In this document: in pieces, positions 1 through 11,454 of the stretch
How positions within the stretch are numbered: the first letter of the stretch is position 1
Layout: every line of letters starts with the position of its first letter
Origin: Yuukianura sp. NJ FZ-2021
Lineage: Eukaryota
Direction of reading: 5' to 3'
Assembly (NCBI GenBank): GCA_046563655.1
Contig: CM102284.1
Span: 2,728,001 to 2,792,000, forward strand
DNA length: 64,000 nt
Made by a program: the position numbers and the translations under genes
Notes under the pieces: generated by a model
Seen by the model: only the letters and a program-made list of their open reading frames with translations
Database searches by the model: none
Told to the model about the DNA's origin: nothing

Positions 1-89
1 ATACAAAAGCAAAAATAAAATATAAAAACTTATTGTAGCCCATTAGGAAACCTGAACAAATTACATGTTGCAAAAAAAAGTTAGGAAAT

Positions 90-1403
90 CGTACCGCAAA
101 GAATTGCCTTGTGTACCATGAAAGTTTTTGTGGGAGTGGAGAGAGCAACATCGGCAAATTGACAGTCTACTAATAAATCATGCATGTTCTGCGAAAGTAG
201 TTCGAAGCGACGACGTTTGATGACGGCGGCTGCATCTTTATCGAGAGATGCGCCTCCTTGCCCAACGCGATGTCTCAACTCTCCCTCAATCCAAACACGG
301 CAATGAATTTTCAGAGTGTCGTCTTCCACAAGGCGACGGGTGGGTGAAGTGATATCCACGGTCTGAAGGAATTTGTCATAACCCCAGACACTGTACTTCT
401 TGAATTCACAAACGGTCATAGTCGGACTTCCTATAAAGAATGACAGTGAGGTATGGCTCATCAGTAAACAAATTGAAACTTGGAATTCCTATCGAATAAA
501 TGTAAAGTTAATAATGTCAACCTGCTTGTTTTAGTGGACGGCCTTCAGGATCCAGGAGACTGATTTGAAAGCGAACTTTGAGCTTTCTTCCCACAGTTGT
601 GTCCCCATCTCCAAACGCATTGAGAATCAAATGAACTGCAAAATACTCCGTCTCGTCAATCTTCTTCTTTGGACACATCTTCATTTGCCTAAATAACACA
701 TGCCGTCAGTATTATTCAAGTCTCTCATGATTATAGCTCATGGTTCAACTGATTAACAGTTTAACCATGTTGGATTTAGCTTTAACAGAACAACTTAAGT
801 TTGCAAGACGATATGTACATTAAGGCAAAGTAAGGGTTTGTTACCACTGGTGACAGCTTTTCGGGCCTCCCTTGAATGTGGGTGATTTGATCTCCTCGCT
901 GCCACTGCTCATAGCTGCATAGTTCTTAATTGACCAAAGAAAGGAGAAGGTCTCTTGCTCCAGCTGACGTGATAGGAATACATTAGGGAAACAGATTAAT
1001 TATTGTTTATCCAAACGGAACCTTCATGCTTAAATTGAAATATTGACTTGCCTCTGTCGAAGCCCACTGTTCCACCGTTTCTGGACCAAACGCCGTTTCA
1101 ACCTTACGTTTAATCCCATGGGGAGAACCTCCTCCGCTTCCTCCTGATCCAGATGATCTCGGCGAAATGGCTCTATCAAAAATACGAACTTCACCTCCTG
1201 CCCCACCAGCGCCAGCAGCTCCACCGCCACCCACTACTCCGGCTCCTACACGAACTCGTTGCTGTTGCTCCGCATGACGTCGAATTGCAGCCATAACAAT
1301 GGCGTCTTCTCTTCCGCGTTCACGTTCTCTGAGGCGTTGTTCACGATCTCTATCCGTACCGTTATTATTAGGGAGATTGTTGTTGCGAGCGCCTCCTCCA
1401 GAA
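90..1403 (-). CDS. MATH-BTB protein (SPOP/roadkill-like), partial; first exon not located and 3' end lies beyond the window start
   Basis: Spliced exons 1403-1052, 963-~846, ~688-521 and ~430-90 give WASTE|LEQETFSFLWSIKNY (matches SPOP MATH start [20 protein letters not shown]), WGYDKFL...DDTLKIHCRV and a BTB start FADVAL...FMVHKAIL. Confidence 0.85.
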
Positions 1404-1733
1404 CTGGCAAATAAAAACAATAACAAAGTTAGTTAATTTTAAAGTACATTTGAACAAGTGTTGGCAAGGTGATTTTACAGATTTTATTATCCAAGGTATT
1501 ATTATTAGCCGATGTCATGATTCTCAGTCTACCGGCTTGGTTGGATTGGATTAGTTTATGAAAAATTACACTTCGTTATCTTATGCTCGTTTTCCCACAA
1601 AAGCTTTGATCATGCGTCCCATCCCCGCACGTAGCAACGGTAGTAAAGTTGTTAAGCTAACATAACAGAAAAAACTAAGTTAGTCAACCAGTCAGGAGTA
1701 GTGTGGTCGTGGTGTTAACTTTAATTAGACATT

Positions 1734-1756
1734 GATAGTCCTGTCACAGGACTATC
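1734..1756. repeat. Perfect 11-bp hairpin inside a small inverted-repeat (MITE-like) region ~1535-1770
   Basis: gatagtcctgt-c-acaggactatc; ggttggattggat at ~1539 is inverse to atccaatccaacc at ~1754. Confidence 0.55.
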
Positions 1757-2518
1757 CAATCCAACCCCGGGGGGCTAACGATCCGACTAACGTATAGAAT
1801 AGAGGACTTTTTACAATATGAATTAGCTTACGTTAAGTTCTCTTTCTAAGATTTTGTGCACTCTCAGTGGGTCAACAAAAAGTACTACCAAACCAAAAAA
1901 TGCAATAGAAGGTCAATAAGTTTCGGACAGTTTACCTCATTATCGTGACGGAAGACTGTGTGACCTTTACCTTTTCGTTTGTCGTTGCCAATATTATTTC
2001 CTTACCCGTACGCTCCTACACCCACAACTGGACTTGCGGGCTGACTGGCTTATTTTTTCAGATTATGGATTGTTTGTGTGTGGGATATATGGTTAATACT
2101 GAGCAATGTATACAGAAGGAGGGGTGCCATTCCACGGAATTAGCAGATAATCATGATTTAACGCTGGGAACATGCTACAGCCGCGATTTTGGGATACGGT
2201 TTATACTGTTCAATGTGAGCAACACTTCATAATGTTGCGAAACTTTATTTTCGGAGCTTAAAAATGAAAAAAAAACGTATAGAACGTCCGTTGCTGATTC
2301 TTCCTCAATTTAAAATACTTCGGTGAAGTTTTACTATCGGGCTTCGGGCGGTATCTAGAATTTTTATCATTTTTTTTTTTCGAAATGCTTTATTGACCCA
2401 TGATACGAAATGAAAAAAAATATTTTTTCCCGGAGTTGAAAAATTTCGAATTGTGGTAAATTTGTAAAATTTCAAAAATTCCCATAAAGTTGCATGTTAA
2501 TTTTTTTTAAAAGATAAA

Positions 2519-2561
2519 TATGAAATATTATGAAATATTATGAAATAAGAGTTATGAAATA
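2519..2561. repeat. Short tandem repeat (tatgaaatat)n
   Basis: Four copies of tatgaaata. Confidence 0.7.
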
Positions 2562-3024
2562 GATATTAACTATACTGTTTCGAAATATGCAAAGAAAGTT
2601 AAACTTTGTAAAGGACAAGCTATTTCTCTTGTAATTTGAATTAACCATTCCAAAAGCAATTTTAAATAAAGTGTTTCTTTTTTTTTTACAGGTTCCACCT
2701 TTAATTAAGTTCCACATTAATCATAAAAGAGACGCCCCCTGTTGTTGCGCTTAATTAGGATTATTCCTACCGATAACCACGGAATGCGTGTGATGAAACT
2801 TTGTTAATGTAAAAGCTTCAGATTTGAAAAATTGTTAACTTCAACTTCAATTTCACATACGCCAACTAACCAACATGTAGGGAACCTCCCATTTCAGATA
2901 TTACACAAATTAAGTTTATTTCGCGGCGTTGATAGCAAGCCGAACTTATAAGCGTAGAATTTTGCGTATTAGAACACAAACAGGGTTCAAATGCGGGCAG
3001 CGTTGCAGTAGCCGCTGTGAAAAC

Positions 3025-4375
3025 ATGGTTACAGATAGAAGCAGCAGAATTGATCACATTAACGCCGTTGTACAGTACATTCGATTTTTGTCAAAGTTGA
3101 ACATTGTTCCACTTACATTTAATTCTAATCTCCAAGTTGTAGTTACATCGACGGTAAAACAAGGTGTTTGGTTGTTCTTGCTAGTACTAACATATTGTAG
3201 ATTAGCGTTGTTAGGTTTTGGTCTAAGTTGCTACTATTTAGGCATCATACAAGTCAAAGTTGCAGATGTAGTCATCACACAGTTCTACACTTTAACATTC
3301 ATTATGTCGGTGTCAATTCATTGTGGACTAATATTTAAACGTCATGACTTTGCTTATTTGCTCAACCAGATTATATTTCTCCATGCTCAATTTGAAGGTA
3401 CTCGTATATAGTAAAAAAAAAGAATCAATTTCTGCTGCAATGATGTCCGAAAAACATCTGACAATGCTTTTTTAAAAAATTTACGTTTCAGCACTGTACC
3501 CTAACAAATTCAATCTCCTATGGAAACAGATTTCGTGGTTTGCAAAATTTTTGAGCGTTTCCAGCGTTCTGAACACCTTCGTTGCATTGGCATTCCAACT
3601 GGCGTTCCCGCGAAAACTTTTTCATCCGTTGTATTTTGTTCCAATGTCCTTTCAACTACATTTTTACCTCACGTTTTTGGTGGCCGTAGTGGATGGTTAT
3701 ATTCTCTACTTCTTTCTAGCTTTTGGTATGTTCTTGGTAATTTTCAGCGTCATCTATGTCATTCCAATCAACAAATCACTTAGATTACTCAGGTAAACAC
3801 TACTTAACTTTTGGTAGTTTAGCTACTAAATTTTGTTACTCATTTCTAGCTACTTTGTTTAAGCTGTAGTCGAACTCGGAATATTTCATGGAATACTGTA
3901 ATTAATTTATGTACTATTGTTTTAATGGAGACATGACAGAAGACCTGCTATTGATCTGTATCGTCAATATCAGTTGGTGGATCAGTGTTACCGAAATTGC
4001 AGCGCCTCAGTTCATGCTACTAGCCTTGTTTCACTTCTCGGTCTGTCATGGATCTTGCAAGCCTATTTTCTTATAACGGATAAACACGGAGACTTGGGCG
4101 TTCACTTGTACTTGATTTTTGCAATGGCTCTGATTGTTACAACTGGAGTGTTACTGGTCTGTATCATTACGTTTTCAGCACTCAACAGCAGAAGCAAATC
4201 GTTGATTGCAAATTGGAAGTGGCACACTACCACCACTGAACAAATCCGGGTTGTAAAAAGTCTGCGACCCCTTCGAATTTATGTTCGAAAGTTCTATTTC
4301 TTCAAAAAATCCACTCCTGCTATTTACTTTCAGTTTTTACTCGAGTCTCTAATAGACGTTTTGCTGTCAATGTAG
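3025..4375 (+). CDS. Divergent 7TM chemoreceptor (gustatory/odorant receptor-like)
   Basis: Exons 3025-3398, 3491-3792, 3940-4375; many hydrophobic segments; C-terminus KSLRPLRIYVRKFYFFKKST...FLLESLIDVLLSM resembles the GR/OR-superfamily TM7 region. Confidence 0.65.
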
Positions 4376-5376
4376 TACTATGATACATTCATTAACTTTT
4401 ATAGACACTCATTTAATCGTGTCCCACGTATTAAAAAACATTTCTTTTTTTTTATACCTTGGGAAGAATTAGATGCAACGCGTAGGTTTGAAGTGGTTTT
4501 TCGACAAGGCTTCAATTTAAGATGGTTGATTGATCTGATCAAATAAGTCTAATCAAAAACTTGTTAAAACTATAACACCTTTTAGCGGTAATTGAATCAT
4601 AAAGTTTTTAATCATTTGTCCTTCATTTGCCTCCATGTTCTTCGTGTGTAGCCAAATTGCATTAATTTTTTTTCAGATATGCCGAAGAATTTCAAACCAC
4701 TAAACAAAATGCTTTCCTCAATTTTTTTTTACTTCTTTGCTGCAAACATAGTCGGCAAAAAAAATTAATACGTCATAATACCCTAGAGTGGACCTAACAA
4801 CGTCTTCAGAAGAAAAAAAAACGTTGAAGTGTTAAATTGTTAAAACGTAATTGGAAAATCGACCTTTTAGATCAAAATTACAATATACAAAATTATTTGG
4901 AATCCGCTGAAACTTCATAGAGTGCTTATTAAGTGGGGGAATAATTACTGAGTATGTTTGAAATGGTGTGAATACATAATTAGAAGTGCCAACACTTCTA
5001 ATCAAAATTGTTTCCAGAATTGAATTATATAGTATAATAGTAATACCAATTCAAAATGAAGGATTCCTGATTTGAAGACCCAATATTTCCTTTCTTAAAT
5101 AGCTCAAATAATAAATAACTGAAAATCCTATATAGGACTCAACTACTTATTAACGATAGTCTAATATTATTCAGAAAACACCATGTCGGCTGTTAGATTT
5201 AACATCACTACAATTTACACTTAACTAGTTAAATATTGTCCTAGTTCGAAATATTGAATACAATAATTACACGTTTACCTTTTGTTATCATAAATCTAAT
5301 TCTCGACAAACATCATATAAAAGTGAATGTTTTCAACGGATAGAGTGTTTTAAAAGAATCGTGGTCAAAATTTGAA

Positions 5377-6783
5377 ATGTTGAGCAACTACGAACTCAGA
5401 GTCCTAAAGTTGTTTTTAGCTTTTGTCACCAAATTGAATTTGGTTGGACTGCAATCACCAGATCTTGGCGGAACTCGGTTAGTTGAGAGAAGAGGCCTCA
5501 GATCATGTATTGGAATAGTTGGGCTATTTTGCCATTTTGGAAGTGTTGGAGTCTGTTTGCTTCGGGTTCTTACGGCAGATTCAGTTTCCGTAAAAGTTTT
5601 GATTGGGTTTCTTGGAATTTCATTGTTTGCTGCAGTAGCATTTCGTATTCCGCTAATGCTCAACGGGAATGAAATCGTTGCCCTCGGTAACAATGTTTTA
5701 GTCATCAGTGATGCGTTGAGTAAGCTATTTTAACCAGTTTTTTTAGTACATTGTTATCGATGTATTAGTTGTGGTACTGAATACGGTATATTGGATAAGG
5801 TAATCTGTTGTATACGTCTATATACCATTTCAATTCATATATGTAGACTTCCGTTTGGAAGACGCGATAGACAAACTAAACCCGAAAGCAAACGGGGAGT
5901 CTTCTACAATGCGTGGGAAGTTGTACTTCGCCCTCGTGGTTGGTTTGTCCGTTTGCTTAATTGCTTCAACGTCGGAAATTGTAGCAATCAACTTTGTAAT
6001 GTTTCCTACGTGGTGGGCGCGAGCGATGTATGTTTTGGCATCAGCCTTCTCAATGATAACTTACTTGTGCTACTTAGCCGTTTCAGCTGGAATATTCATA
6101 CCATCCATTCTCGTGCTCAGAACTGGGATGAAAATGGCGTGGTAATGTGTAAAACCAATTGCAATTTTCATTTTCAATAGAAGGTTGAAATTTAACTTTG
6201 TGTAGCATTGAAGGCCCAAAAAATTTGGAAACGTCGGAAAGTTGCTGCATCTACATCTACCGCTGTATGCAACTTTTGAACCAACTCCACAACACTGTTT
6301 ATGGAACAGTTTTAATGCCACTCTTCAAAGTAACCATAATCCTCTGCATCTACTTAGCCGTGTTGTGTGTCGTGCGTTTGCGCGAATCCCTGCACGTTTT
6401 TGTTTACGCTTTGTTTTTCATCTACTTGTTTACCTTGATCCTAGTCATCATATCAGCTGCACTCCTCATGTCAACCGTATTTAACGTTGCGTCCAAATTT
6501 CATCGCAATATGAAAAACCGTATGCGACTAGCTGAAGCTCGGGATGTACAAATCCAGAATTTGCTGCGCTCAATTCCAGTTCTCAAATGTACCATTGGCA
6601 ATTTCTATCACATGGAATCGGTCAGTCCTGCGCGTTCAACCTTACATGAATTGTGTTCACAACATAATTTAACCTAGCTGACTAAATCTATTTTTGCAGG
6701 AAGCAAAACTAACGCTGTTGGACAACGTCGTTCATGGAATAGCGTTTTGTTTATTATCAACTAGAGGCATTCGTGTGGCGTAA
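5377..6783 (+). CDS. Divergent 7TM chemoreceptor (gustatory/odorant receptor-like)
   Basis: Exons 5377-5719, 5848-6141, 6206-6620, 6700-6783; multi-TM; C-terminus LRSIPVLKCTIGNFYHMES|EAKLTLLDNVVHGIAFCLL. Confidence 0.65.
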
Positions 6784-7414
6784 CCATTCTTTGGAGTGCT
6801 TTTCAAGATTAGAAGATTGCCTATATGGTGCTTTGGCACTTTCGTTCAACAAAATCAGCAAAAATTTACCACGGCTTTAAACGTACACCGCTGCAAACTT
6901 TAAATTTTGTCCTGCTCAATGCATGGTTAATACTTAATATATGGATATTAATGTGAATCATCGGATAACGTTATTAAAAATTTAATTAGCATACCTAATA
7001 AAGCTACTAACCTAATAAAGCAAAAAGAACGTAGTGATTCACGTGTAATAAATTTAGGCGAGAGGAACCCAGCAACTTTAGTTAAATTACTAAAGCCAAT
7101 TTTTTTTTCGAGTTTCCAGTTTTTCCGTTGAAAAAAAAACTCAGTCAACAACAAGAACACGTTCGTCGTGTTCATTAACGCTGAATATTTTTCATACCCC
7201 ATCAACTCGTAAGTTCTGCCCACTAAAACATATGTTCCACCTCGCTTAACGAGAAGCATTGCTTATTATGGATTTGATAGAATAATTTCTACTTAAGTTC
7301 AACAATAACACACAGAAATAAACTTTTCTGCATTAAATCAACGCCGAACTTTGTTCGATTTTTTGTCGCTTAATTTTATAAGCAGCATTTAATTAACCTT
7401 AATTCACTTAATAC

Positions 7415-7973
7415 GGGGCGACTTGGCTCAGTGGTTAAGACGTCAATGTTTTCCACTGGCCGACGTGAGTTCGCAACCAGCCCGTGGGAAAGGAAAAAAA
7501 GAAGTCGAGGCCGTGGGTTCTCCGTGTCCCGAAGCAGGGAGGCAAGTGCTGGACTTCTCTCCTTTGCTCGGGCTGCTCTGTGGACACCCCAGTATAAAGG
7601 AGTGTGTGTTGGGGCGACCGCTTCTGCAAGAACTGCCTGCTGTGGTTACAGTACCAGGCTGACCTTGAGTCAGAGGTCTGTAATCCTCTGGAGCAGCAGT
7701 TAAGAGTTCGCAGATTGCGGTGGTTGCCGATTACTACTCCTTGAACCAGTCCATTAAGCCAAAGATACTCATTCAATCTGATTGCTTATCAGAATACGGA
7801 CGACCTCCGTAGGGGGATGGCATTTAGATTGCCATAATGTGTGTTTGCTCAGAAAGGACAAAAAATAACGCTGTTTCTAAACGGGTTATGTTGAAATATT
7901 CCGCATATAAAGCGAATGCTAAGCGTGAGTCAGTCACCTAAATATAGGTGACTGCTCCCCCCAATAAACATAG
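7415..7973 (+). mobile_element. tRNA-derived SINE with target-site duplication
   Basis: GC-rich island starting ggggcgacttggctcagtggttaaga (A box) with gagttcgcaacc (B-box-like); A-run at ~7860; flanked by aaccttaattcactt(t)aata at 7395 and 7974. Confidence 0.75.
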
Positions 7974-8278
7974 AACCTTAATTCACTTTAATAGCTTTTA
8001 ATGACACGGCTTTTAATTAAGTTTTTAGCGATATATTAAAAAAAGCTCATGAGAGATTAGGGAGTGAAAGTTCATGGACGTTTTTGAAACAGTTTCTCGT
8101 ACTGGTATGCGCCTCCCTCGCATGTCTGTTAGATATTTAGTTTTAATCAGCTCGCTTAAGTGTAACGTTATCAAGGTTGTGGTTTTGTTTTAGTAACAAA
8201 AGGCAACTTAACTTGTTATATCAAAGTCTTGGCTCAAAATTGTTAAGAATAAGTGTTTATTTTAACAATTTTTGCTAA

Positions 8279-10484
8279 ATGATTGGGTCTATTTTTGTCT
8301 TGACTGTAGCCGTCCTACTTTTATGCATATTGAAACGTTTTCGCGATAACGGGAATTTACCACCAGGTCAGAATTAAATCCAATTAGTAGTGGATTAGTT
8401 TTTTAATTATTTAACAATTTAGTCTTATTAGGACCCATTCGATGGCCAATTGTGGGAAGTCTGCCACAAATGCTCTACGAACAACCCGTGCATCCGCATT
8501 TGCAATTTGATGGTCTCGCAAAAAAATATGGCGGAATTATGTCTATTGGGTACGGCGTACATTACGCAGGTACAATGTTCTACACTACAATTTCAAAAAA
8601 AAATTCGACTCAACAAATTTCAATAAAAAACATACTTTAAATATTTTGAAGTGGTATTATCAAACTTTGAAATTATGCGAGAAATGCTACGGCGTCCTGA
8701 AGCAATGGATAGAGGCAGATTTGAATTTATGGAACAGAGAAACAACTTCAAAAATTTAGGCAAGTAGCATCGACGTTTAGGTACGATAAACCTAACGTAA
8801 TTAGTATCACAGCTTAGCGCTTAAGAACAGAGTTACCAACTTATCTTTTAGATATTATAAAAAAAGATACAACGTTAAATTAGAGTTAGAAACTGTCCGA
8901 TTTTGGGTCCGCACTGTTTAAAATGTTACAAATGTGAACTCGCAGGAATTATTTGGGGCTACGGCGATATTTGGCGGGCCCAAAAAAAATACACAGTAAG
9001 ACTCCTGCGTCAGTTTGGGTTTGGCAGAAAAATGACAATGGACGAAGCAATTCAAGCGGAGGTCAATGATCTTTTGAACCTCTGTCACGAAATTACGACT
9101 TCTGACGGTGTTTGGAATGTAGACATTACCCGAATTTCGGCTCTCACTATCAACGTCGTTTGGGCCTCTGTTGGCGGCTACCGATTTGATCCAAACTGTT
9201 CAAAAATGAAGCGTCATATGTACTCCATTTACAAAATATTTGAAGCGATGGGAGTAAAAAGCTATCTAGCTTATTTTCCTTTTCTCAAGGCGTTTCCGGT
9301 GTGGAGTGGATACAGAAAGCATTACAAAATACACCGAGACATGAGAGACAGTTTGTTGGTCAGTAAAAATTCCAACCTTACTTTTCTTTTTTTTTAAATG
9401 GAACTGGTTCTACGTTTTCTAACTCCGATTTTTTAAAACTAAATTATAAACAGAAGTTGGTAGAAGACGCCAAAGATAGAAGGGCTGAACGTGTTGAACC
9501 TGAGAGTTTTATTGAAGCATACTTGGACGACATTGAGAAAAACAAAGGGCAACCAAGCGACGTACTCAATGGTATGGGTTTTCTTATTCACTGTTAGCTA
9601 GGTAGAGTAAAGTACTTAATAAACTGAAGTAAATAAACTACTAAACTAAAGTCCAATAAGGCAAGGCATACTTGTATTATTGTGAATTCATATTTTAAAT
9701 GTTCTCAATTCCAGAGGACCAGCTTTTACTGACCCTGATGGATTTGTTTCTTGCTGGAACCGACGCGGTAGCTACGGCAATCCAATGGGTTATTTTGTAT
9801 CTGACGACGTTTCCTGATGTTCAGAAAAAAGTTAGAAGCGAGATGGAGTGGCATGCACAAAGTGGATTCATTCCATTTCCCTCAACAATTATGTCAGCGT
9901 GAGTGTTTCAATTTCATAATATAAAATTAAACATTGCGTTGGTTATATCTGAACACCATTAAAATTATCCAGAATGCATTACACCAAAGCAGTGCTTCTG
10001 GAAGTGATGCGTCATGCTCCCTATATTACCGTTCGAACGCCGCGCCTAGCAGTAGAAGACTTTGAATGCGCTGGTTACAAAATACCCAAAGGTGCTCTGC
10101 TTTTTCCCAATACTTGGGCGGTTCTTCACGACAAATCCTATTGGGGTGATCCAGAAAACTTTCGACCGGAACGCCTTCTTCTGCCGGACGGAACTTTCGA
10201 CAACTCCAAGTCGGAACGCGTCGATCAGTTTGGCATTGGTAAGAATGCGATAACAATTTCTTTCAGCTATTTCTGGGTTTTAATGTTAAAATCAAATTTA
10301 AGGAGGGAGGGTTTGCCCTGGCGAAAGCATGTCAATGATAACACTGTTTATGGTGACAACGGGCATCCTTAACAAATATTATCTGGAGATCGTCGAGGGC
10401 AGAGAGCCGTCATTGGAACCCGGTAGGCCGTCGCTTACTGTCAAACCGCTTCCTTTTGTCGTCAAACTCATTCCCATCCATTGA
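8279..10484 (+). CDS. Cytochrome P450, CYP2 clan (copy A)
   Basis: 8 exons; N-terminal anchor then LPPGP; WxxxK-type C-helix WRAQK; I-helix DLFLAGTDAV; EVMR; FRPERL; heme motif FGIG|GRVCPG. Confidence 0.93.
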
Positions 10485-11454
10485 CTGTTTCGTAACAAAA
10501 CAAGGTTATTGAAATCGAAATTTTATGTTTTCTTAAAAGGTTATGTCATAACTCCTTTATTTTATTTTTCAAAGGTTTGAGCCGAACTTCTACACTACCC
10601 TGACGCAGTTCCGTTGCGTTAGCAATTCGAAATCAAAACTATGAATCAGCAAGGTGAAAATTTCAGTAATTTTTTAAATTACTTGAAAATTAAAAAAATT
10701 GGTCCAAATGTTGTTTTTTTCGTTTTTTTTTTCTTTGAAAAATCGGATTTATGACATAACCTCTTACGGCATTTGTAGAAATGGTAGCTATAGCAACCTT
10801 GTAACAAAACAAGCAGTTTTTCTTACTGTCACTGTATCTGTAGCATTTGGTATTGGAAATAAATTAATGGTGTCGGGATTTGAAGTTTACTCACATCTCA
10901 AAGATGGGAGCATACGACAGAAACGTGTCCTTAGAATGGTATCAATATTGTATCACACTTGTCCTGGACTCGATTTGTAGAATGCTCACGGTCATGAAGT
11001 ATTAAATGGAAGGACGCAACTTATGCGAAAAATTTGACATGTTCTTGCAGCCGTGCCAAGAAGTAACCTAACCTTTCTTTCATTGTTTAAATAATTTCGT
11101 CTGTTTTTTCGTCATCCGTGGATTTGGATAGCTGTCCCGATGTCTGAGGAGCGCGTACGTGCGTAGTTGGCCTTACGGGCACTTTAGTTAGAATTATGAA
11201 ACAGGATTCTTTCTCGACTTGCTATACTTGTAAAACTGCTTTTAACACATTGAAAATGTCGACATTTTTTGCTGACAGTTCTTCAGCATCAAGTTTTTCT
11301 TGTAAAGAGCGGCAGGGAGGTACATCACTTCAAGTGTTCCATTCGCCTTTATTTGAATCGCATGGTACGGAAGTGACGTTAAAAGTTTTCGAAAAATACT
11401 TTTTAGATTAACACTTTAAAGTGTGTTCAATCGTTTTTCAGTCGAAGTTTCAAA

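Noticed and set aside
1945-2232. 95-aa plus-strand ORF
   Set aside because: GTG start, no motifs or clear splice context; probably non-coding upstream sequence of the SPOP-like gene
7415-7490. Functional tRNA gene
   Set aside because: No proper anticodon or T arm; continues into a SINE-like body flanked by a TSD
7423-7776. Overlapping ORFs of 79-113 aa
   Set aside because: By-product of the GC-rich SINE; no recognisable protein motifs
7931-7973. Helitron 3' end (hairpin plus CTRR)
   Set aside because: Terminus is not CTRR and a TSD is present, which Helitrons do not make
10699-11411. Short ORFs between CYP and white
   Set aside because: No recognisable domain or consistent exon chain
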